DNA from: a virus
Taxonomy: Duplodnaviria > Caudoviricetes
DNA: 64,000 bases
IMG/VR virus record: IMGVR_UViG_3300020048_003360
Span: 1 to 64,000 of that record
Direction: 5' to 3' (one strand)
The position numbers and the translations under genes are program-made. Numbering within the stretch: position 1 is the first letter of the stretch; every line of letters starts with the position of its first letter. The notes beneath the pieces are model-generated. The model was not told the DNA's origin and searched no databases. It saw only the letters and a program-made list of their open reading frames with translations. This document shows positions 9,968 through 19,567 of this stretch, piece after piece.

Positions 9968-12900
9968 TTACGCCATTAATGAGCCCATTAGAACCCAATT
10001 GTTAGCAGAAAGTTGCACTAGTGCAACTACCCCATACTGCGCGCCAATAGATCTTAATCCACCAGCAGAATTAAGAGTTACGCCAGATCCAGGTGCGATA
10101 GTTACCTTACCAGCACCAATTTGCATAATCTGTAGGGTAGCACCTACTGGATAGGCTACAGATGCGTTAGGTGGTATAGTAACTGTTTGTGCTGCTGCAT
10201 TATTCATCGTTACCAGAGCAGTAGGATTACCTACTGATGCGGCATCGCTGAATACCGTAGTATAGGCAGTTCCTGTTTGTGCATTAATACTAGTACCATA
10301 GTTAATAGTATTGGTATAAACACCATTAGTAACAGTAGCAGCATTACCTGTAACAGATATACCCCACGTACCAGATGCACCAGTACCTGTTTTACTAGGT
10401 GCGTCATTAGCTATTTCTGCGTTTACGAAAGCAGTAGTCGCTACTTGAGTGGTATTGGTATTTACAGCAGCTGTAGGAGCCGTAGGAGTACCAGTTAATG
10501 CTGGTGATGCTAGATTAGCTTTAGTACCAATCTGAGTTTGAATAGCTGATGTAACTCCAGTAAGATAACCGAGTTCAGTTGACGTTACTGCAGATACTGC
10601 TACTTTACCACTAGCATCTGAAACTAAACTTCTAGATACGGTTAAGTTAGATCCAGTAATAGTGGTTGCACCACCAGTAATGATACTCTGATATGCGCCA
10701 GCTCCAGCAAACTGTACCCACGTAAGTGCAGTGGTACCTAATGTAATGTTATCAGCAGTTTGTACCCAAGCACTATCTTTATTAGCAGTACCCTGTTCTA
10801 CAAATACAAATGCTGATACTAGTTCACTATTTACGTCTGCATCTACAGCACGTGTCCAAGACGTAGTGGTTAGATTAGTGTAGATACCATTCTGAGAACC
10901 AGTAGTTTGGTTTTTCAACAATACACGAGAACCAGCTGCCAATGTTACGCCGTCTAGAGTAGCAGTAGCTGTATTTAACGTAATGTTTGCAGTAGATGCT
11001 GCTAGTACACTAGCCTTGGGTTTTAGACCCTGTAGTTGACTATCTATTTCTGCTTTGGTATATGCATCACTAATACCATAGCCACTAATAGTAGTTGGAT
11101 TCGTACCTGCAGTTACTAATCCTTTAGCATTAACTGTTACTGATCTATACGTACCGGCAGTTACTCCACTATTAGCCAATGTTAATGCGGTAGCGCCAGC
11201 TACTGACGTTGCATCTCCAGTAAATGCAGGCATTCTTGCAGTTGCTAGTGTACCAGTAGTAATCTTAGCGGTATCTAGTGCAGGTATATCAGTAGCGACA
11301 AGAGACCCACCCGCAGTAACAAGACCTTTAGCATCATATGTGATCTTAGTAGCGGTACCAGCTGTAATAGCGGTATTGGTTGCTACTGCGCCCACATTAG
11401 CTGCTGTTGGGAATGGATGAACGTGATTTGCTCTAGCTAGTGTTGTACTATCGCCAATAGCGGCAACACCTAAAGCAGTGCCTACAGTTGAGGATAAACG
11501 TGAACTATCCAACAACTCATACCAGTTCATTGCAGTTGTACCTAATGTATCTGTCTGCTTAAACGTATTGGTGAATGCTTTACCACCGTTAACTAAACCT
11601 TCGTCAATGGCCGTAATAGCTGAAGCAATTTCACCTGAAATATCTGAATCAACTGTACGTATCCAGGTTGTAGTGGTGACATTATAGTAAATACCGTTCT
11701 GCGAAGCTGTTGCCTGATCCTTAATCAAGACACGATCTGTAGCTGCAAGAGTTACACCATCTAACGTAGCGGTTGCGGTATTAAGTGTTATAGCTCCTGT
11801 AGTGGCTACGCGGCAAGACTTCTTAAAAGCAGAACCTGGTATATCCGTCATTTCTAAATTACGGAATGTAGGTACTGCTGCAGTGGGAGCTGCGGTATTG
11901 GCAAGAGGTCCAGCAAACACTAAAGCACCAGACTGCGTAGCTAAAGTACCTGTTAATGTACCTGAACCCGTAACAGGAGAACCAGATACCGTAATAATGC
12001 TAGGTAATGACAAACCAACAGATGTAACAGTACCTGAAGCAGAACTTGTTCCTGCTCCAATCGCACTTCTAAAATCAGCAGCATTTAAAGATGTGATTGA
12101 ATTATCTGCATTAAATCTTGGGAAAGTAACTGCAGACGGATTTGCCAACTTTACTAAGTTCTGACCAATCGTTGTCGAATCCGATATTGTCGATACTGCC
12201 TGTGTATGCGCTGTAGGTGCTCTTGAATCAGATAACCGACTATCGTTACCTTGACAGAATGTGGCAGCTGCTGTGCCGAAAGAACCAGCTGCTAACACTC
12301 CACTAGTTGTGGTAATAATAGGTAGATTTGCTGTAGTGCCAATAGCTCCTACATTAGTAATATTGCCATGCGTATGCGCTGCAGTTGCGTACGCACCAGC
12401 TCCAGCAAACTGTACCCAAGTAAGTGCAGTGGTACCTAATGTAATGTTATCAGCAGTTTGTACCCAAGCACTATCTGCTTGAGTGGTACCTTGTTCTACA
12501 AATACAAATGCTGATACTAGTTCACTTGCTATATCTGCATCTACAGCTCTTACCCAAGACGTAGTGGTTAGATTGGTGTAGATACCATTCTGAGAACCAG
12601 TAGTTTGATTCTTTAGTAATACACGTGATCCAGCTGCTAGAGTAACACCATCTAGAGTAGCAGTAGCTGTATTTAATGCAATATTTGCAGTAGATGCTGC
12701 TAGTACACTAGCCTTGGGTTTCAGACCTTGAAGCTGACTATCGATCTCTGTTTTGGTATATGCGTCAGTAATACCATAACCACTAATAGTAGTTGGATTA
12801 GTACCAGCGGTTACACGACCCTTAGCATCTACTGTAACTGATCTATATGTTCCAACAGCTACACCACTATTAGCTAGAGTGAGTGCTGCAGATGCATTTG

Positions 12901-15900
12901 CACTACCATTAAAATTAACAGCCCAAGCTGCATCACCTGTAATGGCTATTGAACGTGTATTAGTCAAACTAGCAGCACTACCACTGGTATTCTGAGTACC
13001 AGCAGTATTTACACCTGGTAAATCAATGTTAGCAGAACCATTAAATGAAATACCACCTATAGTACGAGCTGTAGCTAAAGTAGTAGCAGTATTAGCATTG
13101 CCACTTAATGTAGCTGTAATAGTACCTGCTGAGAAATTACCAGAAGCATTACGTCTAACAGTACTATTGGCGGTATTTGTAGAAACTGCATAACCAATTT
13201 GAACATTAGTAAGAGTAGCAGTAACGTTTTCAAAAGCAGTTGGTTCAACACGTAATACCCATCCACTAGCATAGGCAGAAGAAAGACCACCATATCCAAC
13301 TTGAACTTCTGTAACAAAAAACTGAACATGTTTCCAAGCACTGGCTAATTCACCAATATAGATTGTTGCCTTACCACCTGCGGTATAACCAAATCTAATA
13401 GTAAGATTTCTGTCTATATTTGGATTACCAATAATATATGCAAATGGATAATTTGCCCATGAATTACCAGTACTCTGTGTATAACCACCACAAACAATTT
13501 CAAATGGTTTGTTTGTTGCATACTCAAATACTTTAATAGTTACTCTTACCATGCTATTAGTCATAGCTACTGGGAAAACTACCTGTAGTGCACCTGTAGT
13601 ATCCTGAACAACATGACTAAATGATCCACCAATAGGATTCGTAATACGAGAAAAATTAGAATCTATTAGATGTGATGAACTACCAGTAGTATTTTGATTA
13701 CCTGCAGTATTTACACCTGGTAAATCAATGTTAGCACTACCATTAAATGAAATACCACCTATAGTACGAGCTGTAGTTAGTAGAGCAGCACTAGCTACAC
13801 TCTTAGTACTATCAGCAGTATTATCCACATTACTTAAACCTACATCTGCTTTAACTAAAGTAACGGCTCCAGTTTTACCTGCTACTGATGTAACTGTATT
13901 GACTTGAGCACCTGTAGCAATACCATCTAACTTAGTCTTATCAGTAGAACTCATTACACCAGCTAATGTCGTAGTAGCTGCTGGTAACGTGGTGCCAGTA
14001 CCTGTAGAAGACGTTAGTGGAACAGTAGTGGTAGTTAATGTACCTTGACCTAGATTAGTAGCTACGTTAACTTGAGCACCTGTAGCAATACCATCTAGTT
14101 TACTAGCTTGGGTACTAGTCATATGGCCACTAACAGATGCAGTAGCCGCTGGAATAGAGATAGCTGGTGTATTGCCACCACTAGACACTATAGGGGCAGT
14201 ACCAGAAACAGCAGTTACACCAGAACTAGTGGCAAAACCTTGTGATTTTACATAAGCTGTAGTAGCAATTTGAGTAGTATTAGTATCTACAGATGCTGTA
14301 GGTGCTAGTGGAACACCTGTTAATGTGGGTGAAGCTAAATTAGCTTTTAGATTTAAGGCAGTTTGTTGTGCGGTAGACACTGGTTTATTAACATCACTAG
14401 TGTTATCTACGTTACCTAATCCTACATCGCCTTTAGCTAAAGTTACTACTCCAGTCCTACCAGCTACTGAATCTACTGCACCTGAAGTGATATAGACATA
14501 AGCAGTACCAGACCATCTATAGGTCTTGTTAGTATCTATAGCAACATAGATCTTACCAGTTTCACCTGTAGCTGGGAATCCAGCTAGATTAGCGTACTCT
14601 AGTACATCATCAACATAACTAGGTAGTTGTGCTGTAGGTACTTTACCACCAGCGTCTAGAGTAGCTACGCCATTTACAGCACCTTTTTCAGTACTAGCTA
14701 TTCTAGCAGTAGAGTCTACTGCATTAATAGTAATATTAGCAGAACCGTTGAAACTGACACCATTAATAGTGCGTGCTGTAGCTAAAGTAGTAGCTGTACC
14801 AGCATTACCAGTAACACCTATGCTCCAGGTACCAGATGCACCACCACCAGTTTTACTAGGTGCATCATTAGCTATTTCTGCATTTACGAAAGCAGTAGTA
14901 GCTACTTGAGTGGTATTGGTATTAACAGCAGCTGTAGGTGCAGATGGAATACCGCTTAATGCTGGAGAATCTAGATTGGCTTTTAAGTTTAAAGCAGTTT
15001 GTTGTGCAGTAGATACTGGTTTAGCTAAGTCACTAGTGTTATCTACATTGGCTAGACCCACCATGGATTTAGAAACACCTGATACAGTACCGGTAAAGGT
15101 AGGTGAAACTAAGTTAGCTTTTAGATCTAAAGCTGTTTGTTGAGCTGTACTAACTGGCTTATTAGCGTCAGACGTATTGTCCGCATTCGCTAGGCCTACC
15201 ATGGATTTAGTGATACCGGCTACAGTACCTGTAAATGTAGGTGACGCAATATTAGCTTTTAGATCTAATGCCGTTTGTTGTGCAGTTGAAACTGGTTTAG
15301 CAGTATCTGCAGTATTATCTACATTACCTAAACCTACCATAGATTTAGTAATGCCACTTACTGTACCAGTAAAAGTAGGACTAGCAATATTGGCTTTTAA
15401 AGCAATGGCTGTAGCTTGTGCTGTAGATACTGGTTTATTGGCATCAGACGTATTGTCTACGTTACCTAATCCTACATCACCCTTAACTAGAGTAACAATA
15501 CCTGTTTTACCAGCTACTGAATCTACTGCACCTGATGTGATATAGACATAAGCCGTACCAGACCATCTATATGTTTTATTTGTATCTTTTGCAACATAAA
15601 TCTTACCGGTTTCACCAGTAGCTGGGAATCCAGCTAGATTGGTATATTCTAGTACATCATCTACATAACTAGGTAACTGACTTGCTGGTACTAATCCAGT
15701 CGCATCTAGTGTAGCTACACCATTTGCTACACCTTTCTCGCTAACAGCAATTCTATCTACACTGTCACCAGCATTAATGGTGATATTAGCAGAACCATTA
15801 AATGAAACACCATTAATAGTTCTAGGTGTCTGTAGAGTAGTGGCAGTAGCTGCATTACCACCAATAGACTTAGATGCATCAGATGTATTATCTACGTTAC

Positions 15901-16543
15901 CTAAACCCACCATGGATTTAGTAATGCCGCCTACAGTACCTGTAAAGGTAGGAGACGCAATATTAGCTTTTAATGCATCTGCAGCAGCTTGAGCAGTAGA
16001 AACTGGTTTATTAACATCACTAGTATTGTCTACGTTAGATAGACCCACCATGGATTTAGTGACGCCAGATACAGTACCAGTGAATGTAGGAGATGCGATG
16101 TTGGCTTTTAGATCTATAGCACTTTGCTGTGCTGTAGATACTGGTTTATTAACGTCAGACGTATTATCAGCATTACCTAAACCAACCATAGATTTAGTGA
16201 CACCAGCTACAGTACCTGTGAAGGTAGGTGAAGCTAGATTAGCTTTTAGATTTAAAGCACTTTGTTGTGCGGTAGATACTGGCTTATTAGCGTCTGATGT
16301 ATTATCTACATTACCTAGACCCACATCGACTTTAGCTAGTGTGATATTGGTAGTTAATGCTTTGCCATTTACAGTAGTGGTTTTTGGCACTACTAGAGAC
16401 TCTAGTACAGCTATAGCTGCAGTTTGACTAGCTAAATTAGTAGCATCCGTACCTGCTACTGGAGCACCTACGTTAGTAATTGCTGCTCCATTATTATCTA
16501 GACCATTCTTTGCTACGAAACGTTTTGTTATTGCGAAAGTCAT
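9968..16543 (-). CDS. Giant fibre protein (2191 aa) with NVDNTSD repeats, shared fibre modules and the same C-terminal tip domain as 3455..9349
   Basis: Ten GL.N(V/A)DNT(S/A)D motifs, two QLPSYVDDVLEY..LAGFPATGETGKIYVA blocks, two LKPKASV modules plus one diverged. C-terminus: VTIPPNASVAYPVGATLQIMQIGAGKVTIAPGSGVTLNS. Confidence 0.8.
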   Translation of the reverse strand: MTFAITKRFVAKNGLDNNGAAITNVGAPVAGTDATNLASQTAAIAVLESLVVPKTTTVNGKALTTNITLAKVDVGLGNVDNTSDANKPVSTAQQSALNLKANLASPTFTGTVAGVTKSMVGLGNADNTSDVNKPVSTAQQSAIDLKANIASPTFTGTVSGVTKSMVGLSNVDNTSDVNKPVSTAQAAADALKANIASPTFTGTVGGITKSMVGLGNVDNTSDASKSIGGNAATATTLQTPRTINGVSFNGSANITINAGDSVDRIAVSEKGVANGVATLDATGLVPASQLPSYVDDVLEYTNLAGFPATGETGKIYVAKDTNKTYRWSGTAYVYITSGAVDSVAGKTGIVTLVKGDVGLGNVDNTSDANKPVSTAQATAIALKANIASPTFTGTVSGITKSMVGLGNVDNTADTAKPVSTAQQTALDLKANIASPTFTGTVAGITKSMVGLANADNTSDANKPVSTAQQTALDLKANLVSPTFTGTVSGVSKSMVGLANVDNTSDLAKPVSTAQQTALNLKANLDSPALSGIPSAPTAAVNTNTTQVATTAFVNAEIANDAPSKTGGGASGTWSIGVTGNAGTATTLATARTINGVSFNGSANITINAVDSTARIASTEKGAVNGVATLDAGGKVPTAQLPSYVDDVLEYANLAGFPATGETGKIYVAIDTNKTYRWSGTAYVYITSGAVDSVAGRTGVVTLAKGDVGLGNVDNTSDVNKPVSTAQQTALNLKANLASPTLTGVPLAPTASVDTNTTQIATTAYVKSQGFATSSGVTAVSGTAPIVSSGGNTPAISIPAATASVSGHMTSTQASKLDGIATGAQVNVATNLGQGTLTTTTVPLTSSTGTGTTLPAATTTLAGVMSSTDKTKLDGIATGAQVNTVTSVAGKTGAVTLVKADVGLSNVDNTADSTKSVASAALLTTARTIGGISFNGSANIDLPGVNTAGNQNTTGSSSHLIDSNFSRITNPIGGSFSHVVQDTTGALQVVFPVAMTNSMVRVTIKVFEYATNKPFEIVCGGYTQSTGNSWANYPFAYIIGNPNIDRNLTIRFGYTAGGKATIYIGELASAWKHVQFFVTEVQVGYGGLSSAYASGWVLRVEPTAFENVTATLTNVQIGYAVSTNTANSTVRRNASGNFSAGTITATLSGNANTATTLATARTIGGISFNGSANIDLPGVNTAGTQNTSGSAASLTNTRSIAITGDAAWAVNFNGSANASAALTLANSGVAVGTYRSVTVDAKGRVTAGTNPTTISGYGITDAYTKTEIDSQLQGLKPKASVLAASTANIALNTATATLDGVTLAAGSRVLLKNQTTGSQNGIYTNLTTTSWVRAVDADIASELVSAFVFVEQGTTQADSAWVQTADNITLGTTALTWVQFAGAGAYATAAHTHGNITNVGAIGTTANLPIITTTSGVLAAGSFGTAAATFCQGNDSRLSDSRAPTAHTQAVSTISDSTTIGQNLVKLANPSAVTFPRFNADNSITSLNAADFRSAIGAGTSSASGTVTSVGLSLPSIITVSGSPVTGSGTLTGTLATQSGALVFAGPLANTAAPTAAVPTFRNLEMTDIPGSAFKKSCRVATTGAITLNTATATLDGVTLAATDRVLIKDQATASQNGIYYNVTTTTWIRTVDSDISGEIASAITAIDEGLVNGGKAFTNTFKQTDTLGTTAMNWYELLDSSRLSSTVGTALGVAAIGDSTTLARANHVHPFPTAANVGAVATNTAITAGTATKITYDAKGLVTAGGSLVATDIPALDTAKITTGTLATARMPAFTGDATSVAGATALTLANSGVTAGTYRSVTVNAKGLVTAGTNPTTISGYGISDAYTKAEIDSQLQGLKPKASVLAASTANITLNTATATLDGVTLAAGSRVLLKNQTTGSQNGIYTNLTTTSWTRAVDADVNSELVSAFVFVEQGTANKDSAWVQTADNITLGTTALTWVQFAGAGAYQSIITGGATTITGSNLTVSRSLVSDASGKVAVSAVTSTELGYLTGVTSAIQTQIGTKANLASPALTGTPTAPTAAVNTNTTQVATTAFVNAEIANDAPSKTGTGASGTWGISVTGNAATVTNGVYTNTINYGTSINAQTGTAYTTVFSDAASVGNPTALVTMNNAAAQTVTIPPNASVAYPVGATLQIMQIGAGKVTIAPGSGVTLNSAGGLRSIGAQYGVVALVQLSANNWVLMGSLMA
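13800..16330 (-). repeat. 46-aa (138-nt) tandem repeats GL.NVDNTSD..KPVSTAQQ.AL.LKANIASPTFTGTV.G.TKSMV inside a larger nested duplication
   Basis: Ten motif copies counted in the translation; a 138-nt period is visible, e.g. 16127 vs 16265. Confidence 0.88.
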
Positions 16544-16574
16544 GATTCACTATCCTCATTAGACTAAATGAAAT

Positions 16575-16606
16575 ATAATCAGAGAGACTTTTGTCTCTCT
16601 GATTAT
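16575..16606. terminator. Stem-loop terminator
   Basis: ataatcagagagac-tttt-gtctctctgattat. Confidence 0.7.
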
Positions 16607-16615
16607 GATTGGTTT

Positions 16616-18817
16616 TTAAATAGTTATTGCAGTGCGGACTACTTTAATTGTACTATTGGTATTTACTGGAGATGCTACTAATTCTAAATTACCATTTATT
16701 AATTTAGTTGTGAATGTAGCCAATGCAGAGGCACCAGTGAAGATATTTGATACTTCAGTAATATACGGTTGAGTACCGTCATGGATACATAATATTTCAG
16801 AAACTTGATATTGAGTACCTGAAGTAACTTGAATAATGTATTTTACTGAACGACATACTGATGCCAATATAGTGTTTACTACTTGATTCTCTGTAGTGGT
16901 CGCTAATGTTACAGTACTAGATGTAATGGCGGCATCAGTTAGTGCTAAAACATTATTAACGATGCTATCCAATTTAATCTTATCGGCAGATGACATAAAG
17001 CCAGGTAAGACACTAGTGGCTTCACTATGAGTATGCGTTAATGGTGAGTATAAGCTAGCTACGTGTGGCTGTGATGCCAGTGTCTCTAAATTACCCACCA
17101 TACCGACCCTAAACATATCTACTGATTCGTCAAATACGAATTGATATTTTGGTAAATCACCACGATTTACAACAATACCAGCTAGATTAGCACTAACACC
17201 ATTACCTACTTGACCATAATTGACTTCAATCATGTTATCAATGGTAGTCACAGTAGTGGAATTAACTGTCGTAACACCACCATTTACAACTAAATTACCA
17301 GTAACAGTTAGACCACCAACAACTGTTTGACTGCCAGTTACTACTGAGTCACCATGTGTAGTAGTGGTAGGCGCAGTAAAAGCAATTGACTGTGCTGCAT
17401 TTACTAATACTTGCGAACCAACGCCAATAGCTTTTAATACTACATTAGCACTAGCTCCATTGGTAGAGAGTTCAGCATACTGGTTTGACGTCAATAAAGT
17501 AGCACCAACACCAGTTGTGGTAACGTTAATGGATTGACCAGGATCAGCTCTAATATTAATTACATCAGCATCAGTACCTAAAATAGGCGTATCGCCTAAA
17601 TATAGTGTATTTACACTTAAGTGTGCTTCATCTACATAAAGAGATCTAAATCTATGTGTTGGTGATCCGATATCACGTAGTTCCGTAACATCCGGTAAGA
17701 TATCGCCATATACAGTTAATTTTTTAGTTGAAAAATCTAATGCCTGATTACCACCAGCTAATGCTAGAGCAGCTTCGGCACTAGTGGCTCTGGTAACCTC
17801 AGCGGCAATAGCTGCAGCGTTAGTGGAATCACCACTTATTCTAGCAGCAACTTCAGTATCTAGTGAACTGATAATAGTATCTTCTACACCAGTAGCTCTA
17901 GTAACTTCAGCTAAAATTGTTGTATTTAATCTATTATCTTCTGTAGTAGATCTAGTAACTTCGGCGATTAAATTATCTGCTATTGTATTTTCTACATTAA
18001 TGGCTCTAGTAACTTCACTATTTAGTGAAGATAGAATAGCATTATCACCAGCTAACCTTAAACTAGCTTCATTACTGATGGCTGTTGTTCTATCTACGAC
18101 CTCATTAGACACGTCTAATTCACGCGCAGTGACCTCAGCTGATAGGGCAGTAGCCAGTGCAGTATCTCCGGCTATTCTAGAGGCTTCCTCAGTATCTACA
18201 TCGGCAATTCTAGCTGCTGTTTCTGTTGCTAATGCTTCCTCTACCGCTTCTGCAGATGCACTGGCATTAAATGTAATACTCTTAGTATTATCATCAAACG
18301 ATATAGTCATTCCATTGCCAGCTACCATATGTAGTGGTTGATTAGCATAGCCACGAATTTGTATATCCGTACCATCAGCAATAGTTGCGCTATCTATAAT
18401 AATTTGTTCAGTACCAACAACCACACACTTACCATTCTGTGGGGTATTAAATATCAATTGAAAAGAATTATTATCAATTTCAATTAATTGCGCAGCAGAG
18501 ATAGTTATGTTGTTATTATCTTGAATTTGATACCATGTCTCACTAGCTGGCGTATTTAGATTATGCACCACTGTCCAAGTAGTGGCTGGACTAACTTGAG
18601 TATGTAGGTAATTAGCAGTACCCATCTCTGGTTGGACTAATGGATACCAAGCTTGTACACCAGCTACTGTGATATAAGCGTATAATCCCAAACCAACAAT
18701 AGCTAAAGTACCTGGTTTGGGATTACTTGGGAAATCTAAATTATCCTTATCGATAATGAGTGCACCAGCAATTCTTAAATTAGCTAGTACTGATATTTGA
18801 TTCATTAAACTCGGCAT
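16616..18817 (-). CDS. Fibre/appendage protein (733 aa): N-terminal HNL domain, EVTRAT coiled-coil stalk, beta-rich shaft, C-terminal domain shared with 19557..20513
   Basis: HTQVSPATTWTVVHNLNT...FQLIFNTPQNG; repeated (A/S)EVTRAT; C-terminal SVKYIIQVTSGTQYQVSEILCIHDG. Confidence 0.7.
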   Translation of the reverse strand: MPSLMNQISVLANLRIAGALIIDKDNLDFPSNPKPGTLAIVGLGLYAYITVAGVQAWYPLVQPEMGTANYLHTQVSPATTWTVVHNLNTPASETWYQIQDNNNITISAAQLIEIDNNSFQLIFNTPQNGKCVVVGTEQIIIDSATIADGTDIQIRGYANQPLHMVAGNGMTISFDDNTKSITFNASASAEAVEEALATETAARIADVDTEEASRIAGDTALATALSAEVTARELDVSNEVVDRTTAISNEASLRLAGDNAILSSLNSEVTRAINVENTIADNLIAEVTRSTTEDNRLNTTILAEVTRATGVEDTIISSLDTEVAARISGDSTNAAAIAAEVTRATSAEAALALAGGNQALDFSTKKLTVYGDILPDVTELRDIGSPTHRFRSLYVDEAHLSVNTLYLGDTPILGTDADVINIRADPGQSINVTTTGVGATLLTSNQYAELSTNGASANVVLKAIGVGSQVLVNAAQSIAFTAPTTTTHGDSVVTGSQTVVGGLTVTGNLVVNGGVTTVNSTTVTTIDNMIEVNYGQVGNGVSANLAGIVVNRGDLPKYQFVFDESVDMFRVGMVGNLETLASQPHVASLYSPLTHTHSEATSVLPGFMSSADKIKLDSIVNNVLALTDAAITSSTVTLATTTENQVVNTILASVCRSVKYIIQVTSGTQYQVSEILCIHDGTQPYITEVSNIFTGASALATFTTKLINGNLELVASPVNTNSTIKVVRTAITI

Positions 18818-18874
18818 CTTGGTTCCTAAGAAAAGTTAATATTAATTACCGACATCACTGTTAATAAACTTTAT

Positions 18875-19567
18875 TTAAATTAAAGTATCGGACTTCATTA
18901 ATAGTTGTCTCACGTGTGTTCTTTCTACAATAGATAATCGCGCATCATATGTTTCGCAGTGCCTGCCAACAGTATGTTTTCTCCAAACATAACCGAATGT
19001 TTCTGGTAAGAATAACCAATCGCCAAATGCACTAGCTGCAGTATAAATTAATTGTTCGCCTTCAGCTAAATTAATTGTATTGCCATTCTTAAATAACTTA
19101 AGTAATTTATTAATTTTTTCAAGACTTTTCTTAACCACTATACGACGCATTACGCATAATTCATGTATGGGTCTAGCTTCTTTTAAATGAAACTCCCTAG
19201 TCCACTTATCGTGTTTATAAAATGGTCTAAGTGGGTTATGTCCATCATCAATATAACTATTGACATAAACGCCAACTATCGAGGGATTATTATCAAGTAC
19301 TTCACAACATTTGACAAATGGATTACCTATTACTAGATCATCATCGTTAATGTGGCTAACATATTCACTATTACCTAAACCATAACCAAGTGTTCTTAAA
19401 TTAATAGGTGAAAACGGATCATCATTATTAATTTGAAAAATATTTACATTAGGTAAAGCTAGTGTTTTGTAACACTCTACTTGCCATTTTTTATGTAGTA
19501 ATTTTTTATCTTCTGGTATGGTTATGATAGGGCGATTAGCTATATGTACATCAATATTAGGAACCAT
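18875..19567 (-). CDS. Glycosyltransferase family 2 (GT-A fold)-like protein
   Basis: RTLGYGLGNSEYVSHINDDDLV (DxD), VLDNNPSIVGVY, PIHELCVMRR, YVWRKH. Likely start ATG 19567 (MVPNID), overlapping the upstream stop by 11 nt; the track's MIPMEKIL x2 extension is a read-through of a 24-nt repeat. Confidence 0.72.
   Translation of the reverse strand: MVPNIDVHIANRPIITIPEDKKLLHKKWQVECYKTLALPNVNIFQINNDDPFSPINLRTLGYGLGNSEYVSHINDDDLVIGNPFVKCCEVLDNNPSIVGVYVNSYIDDGHNPLRPFYKHDKWTREFHLKEARPIHELCVMRRIVVKKSLEKINKLLKLFKNGNTINLAEGEQLIYTAASAFGDWLFLPETFGYVWRKHTVGRHCETYDARLSIVERTHVRQLLMKSDTLI

Larger units (their letters stand above)
4870..12763 (-). repeat. Dispersed ~375-bp fibre module in five near-identical copies (~4870-5244, 7388-7762, 7967-8343, 10685-11063, 12388-12763) plus a diverged copy (~11510-11830)
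   Basis: All encode YTK(T/A)EIDSQLQGLKPKASVLAASTANI(T/A)LNTATATLDGV...AFVFVEQGT...SAWVQTADNI(V/T)LGTT..W.QFAG.GAY, with long identical nucleotide runs. Confidence 0.92.

Noticed and set aside
3455-10400. Homologous 3' ends of the two fibre genes as a DGR template/variable repeat pair
   Set aside because: Both copies are coding, differences are not adenine-specific, and no reverse transcriptase is in the window.
3455-16543. Invertible tail-fibre (shufflon/Gin-type) system
   Set aside because: All shared modules are direct repeats on one strand; no inverted crossover sites or recombinase seen.
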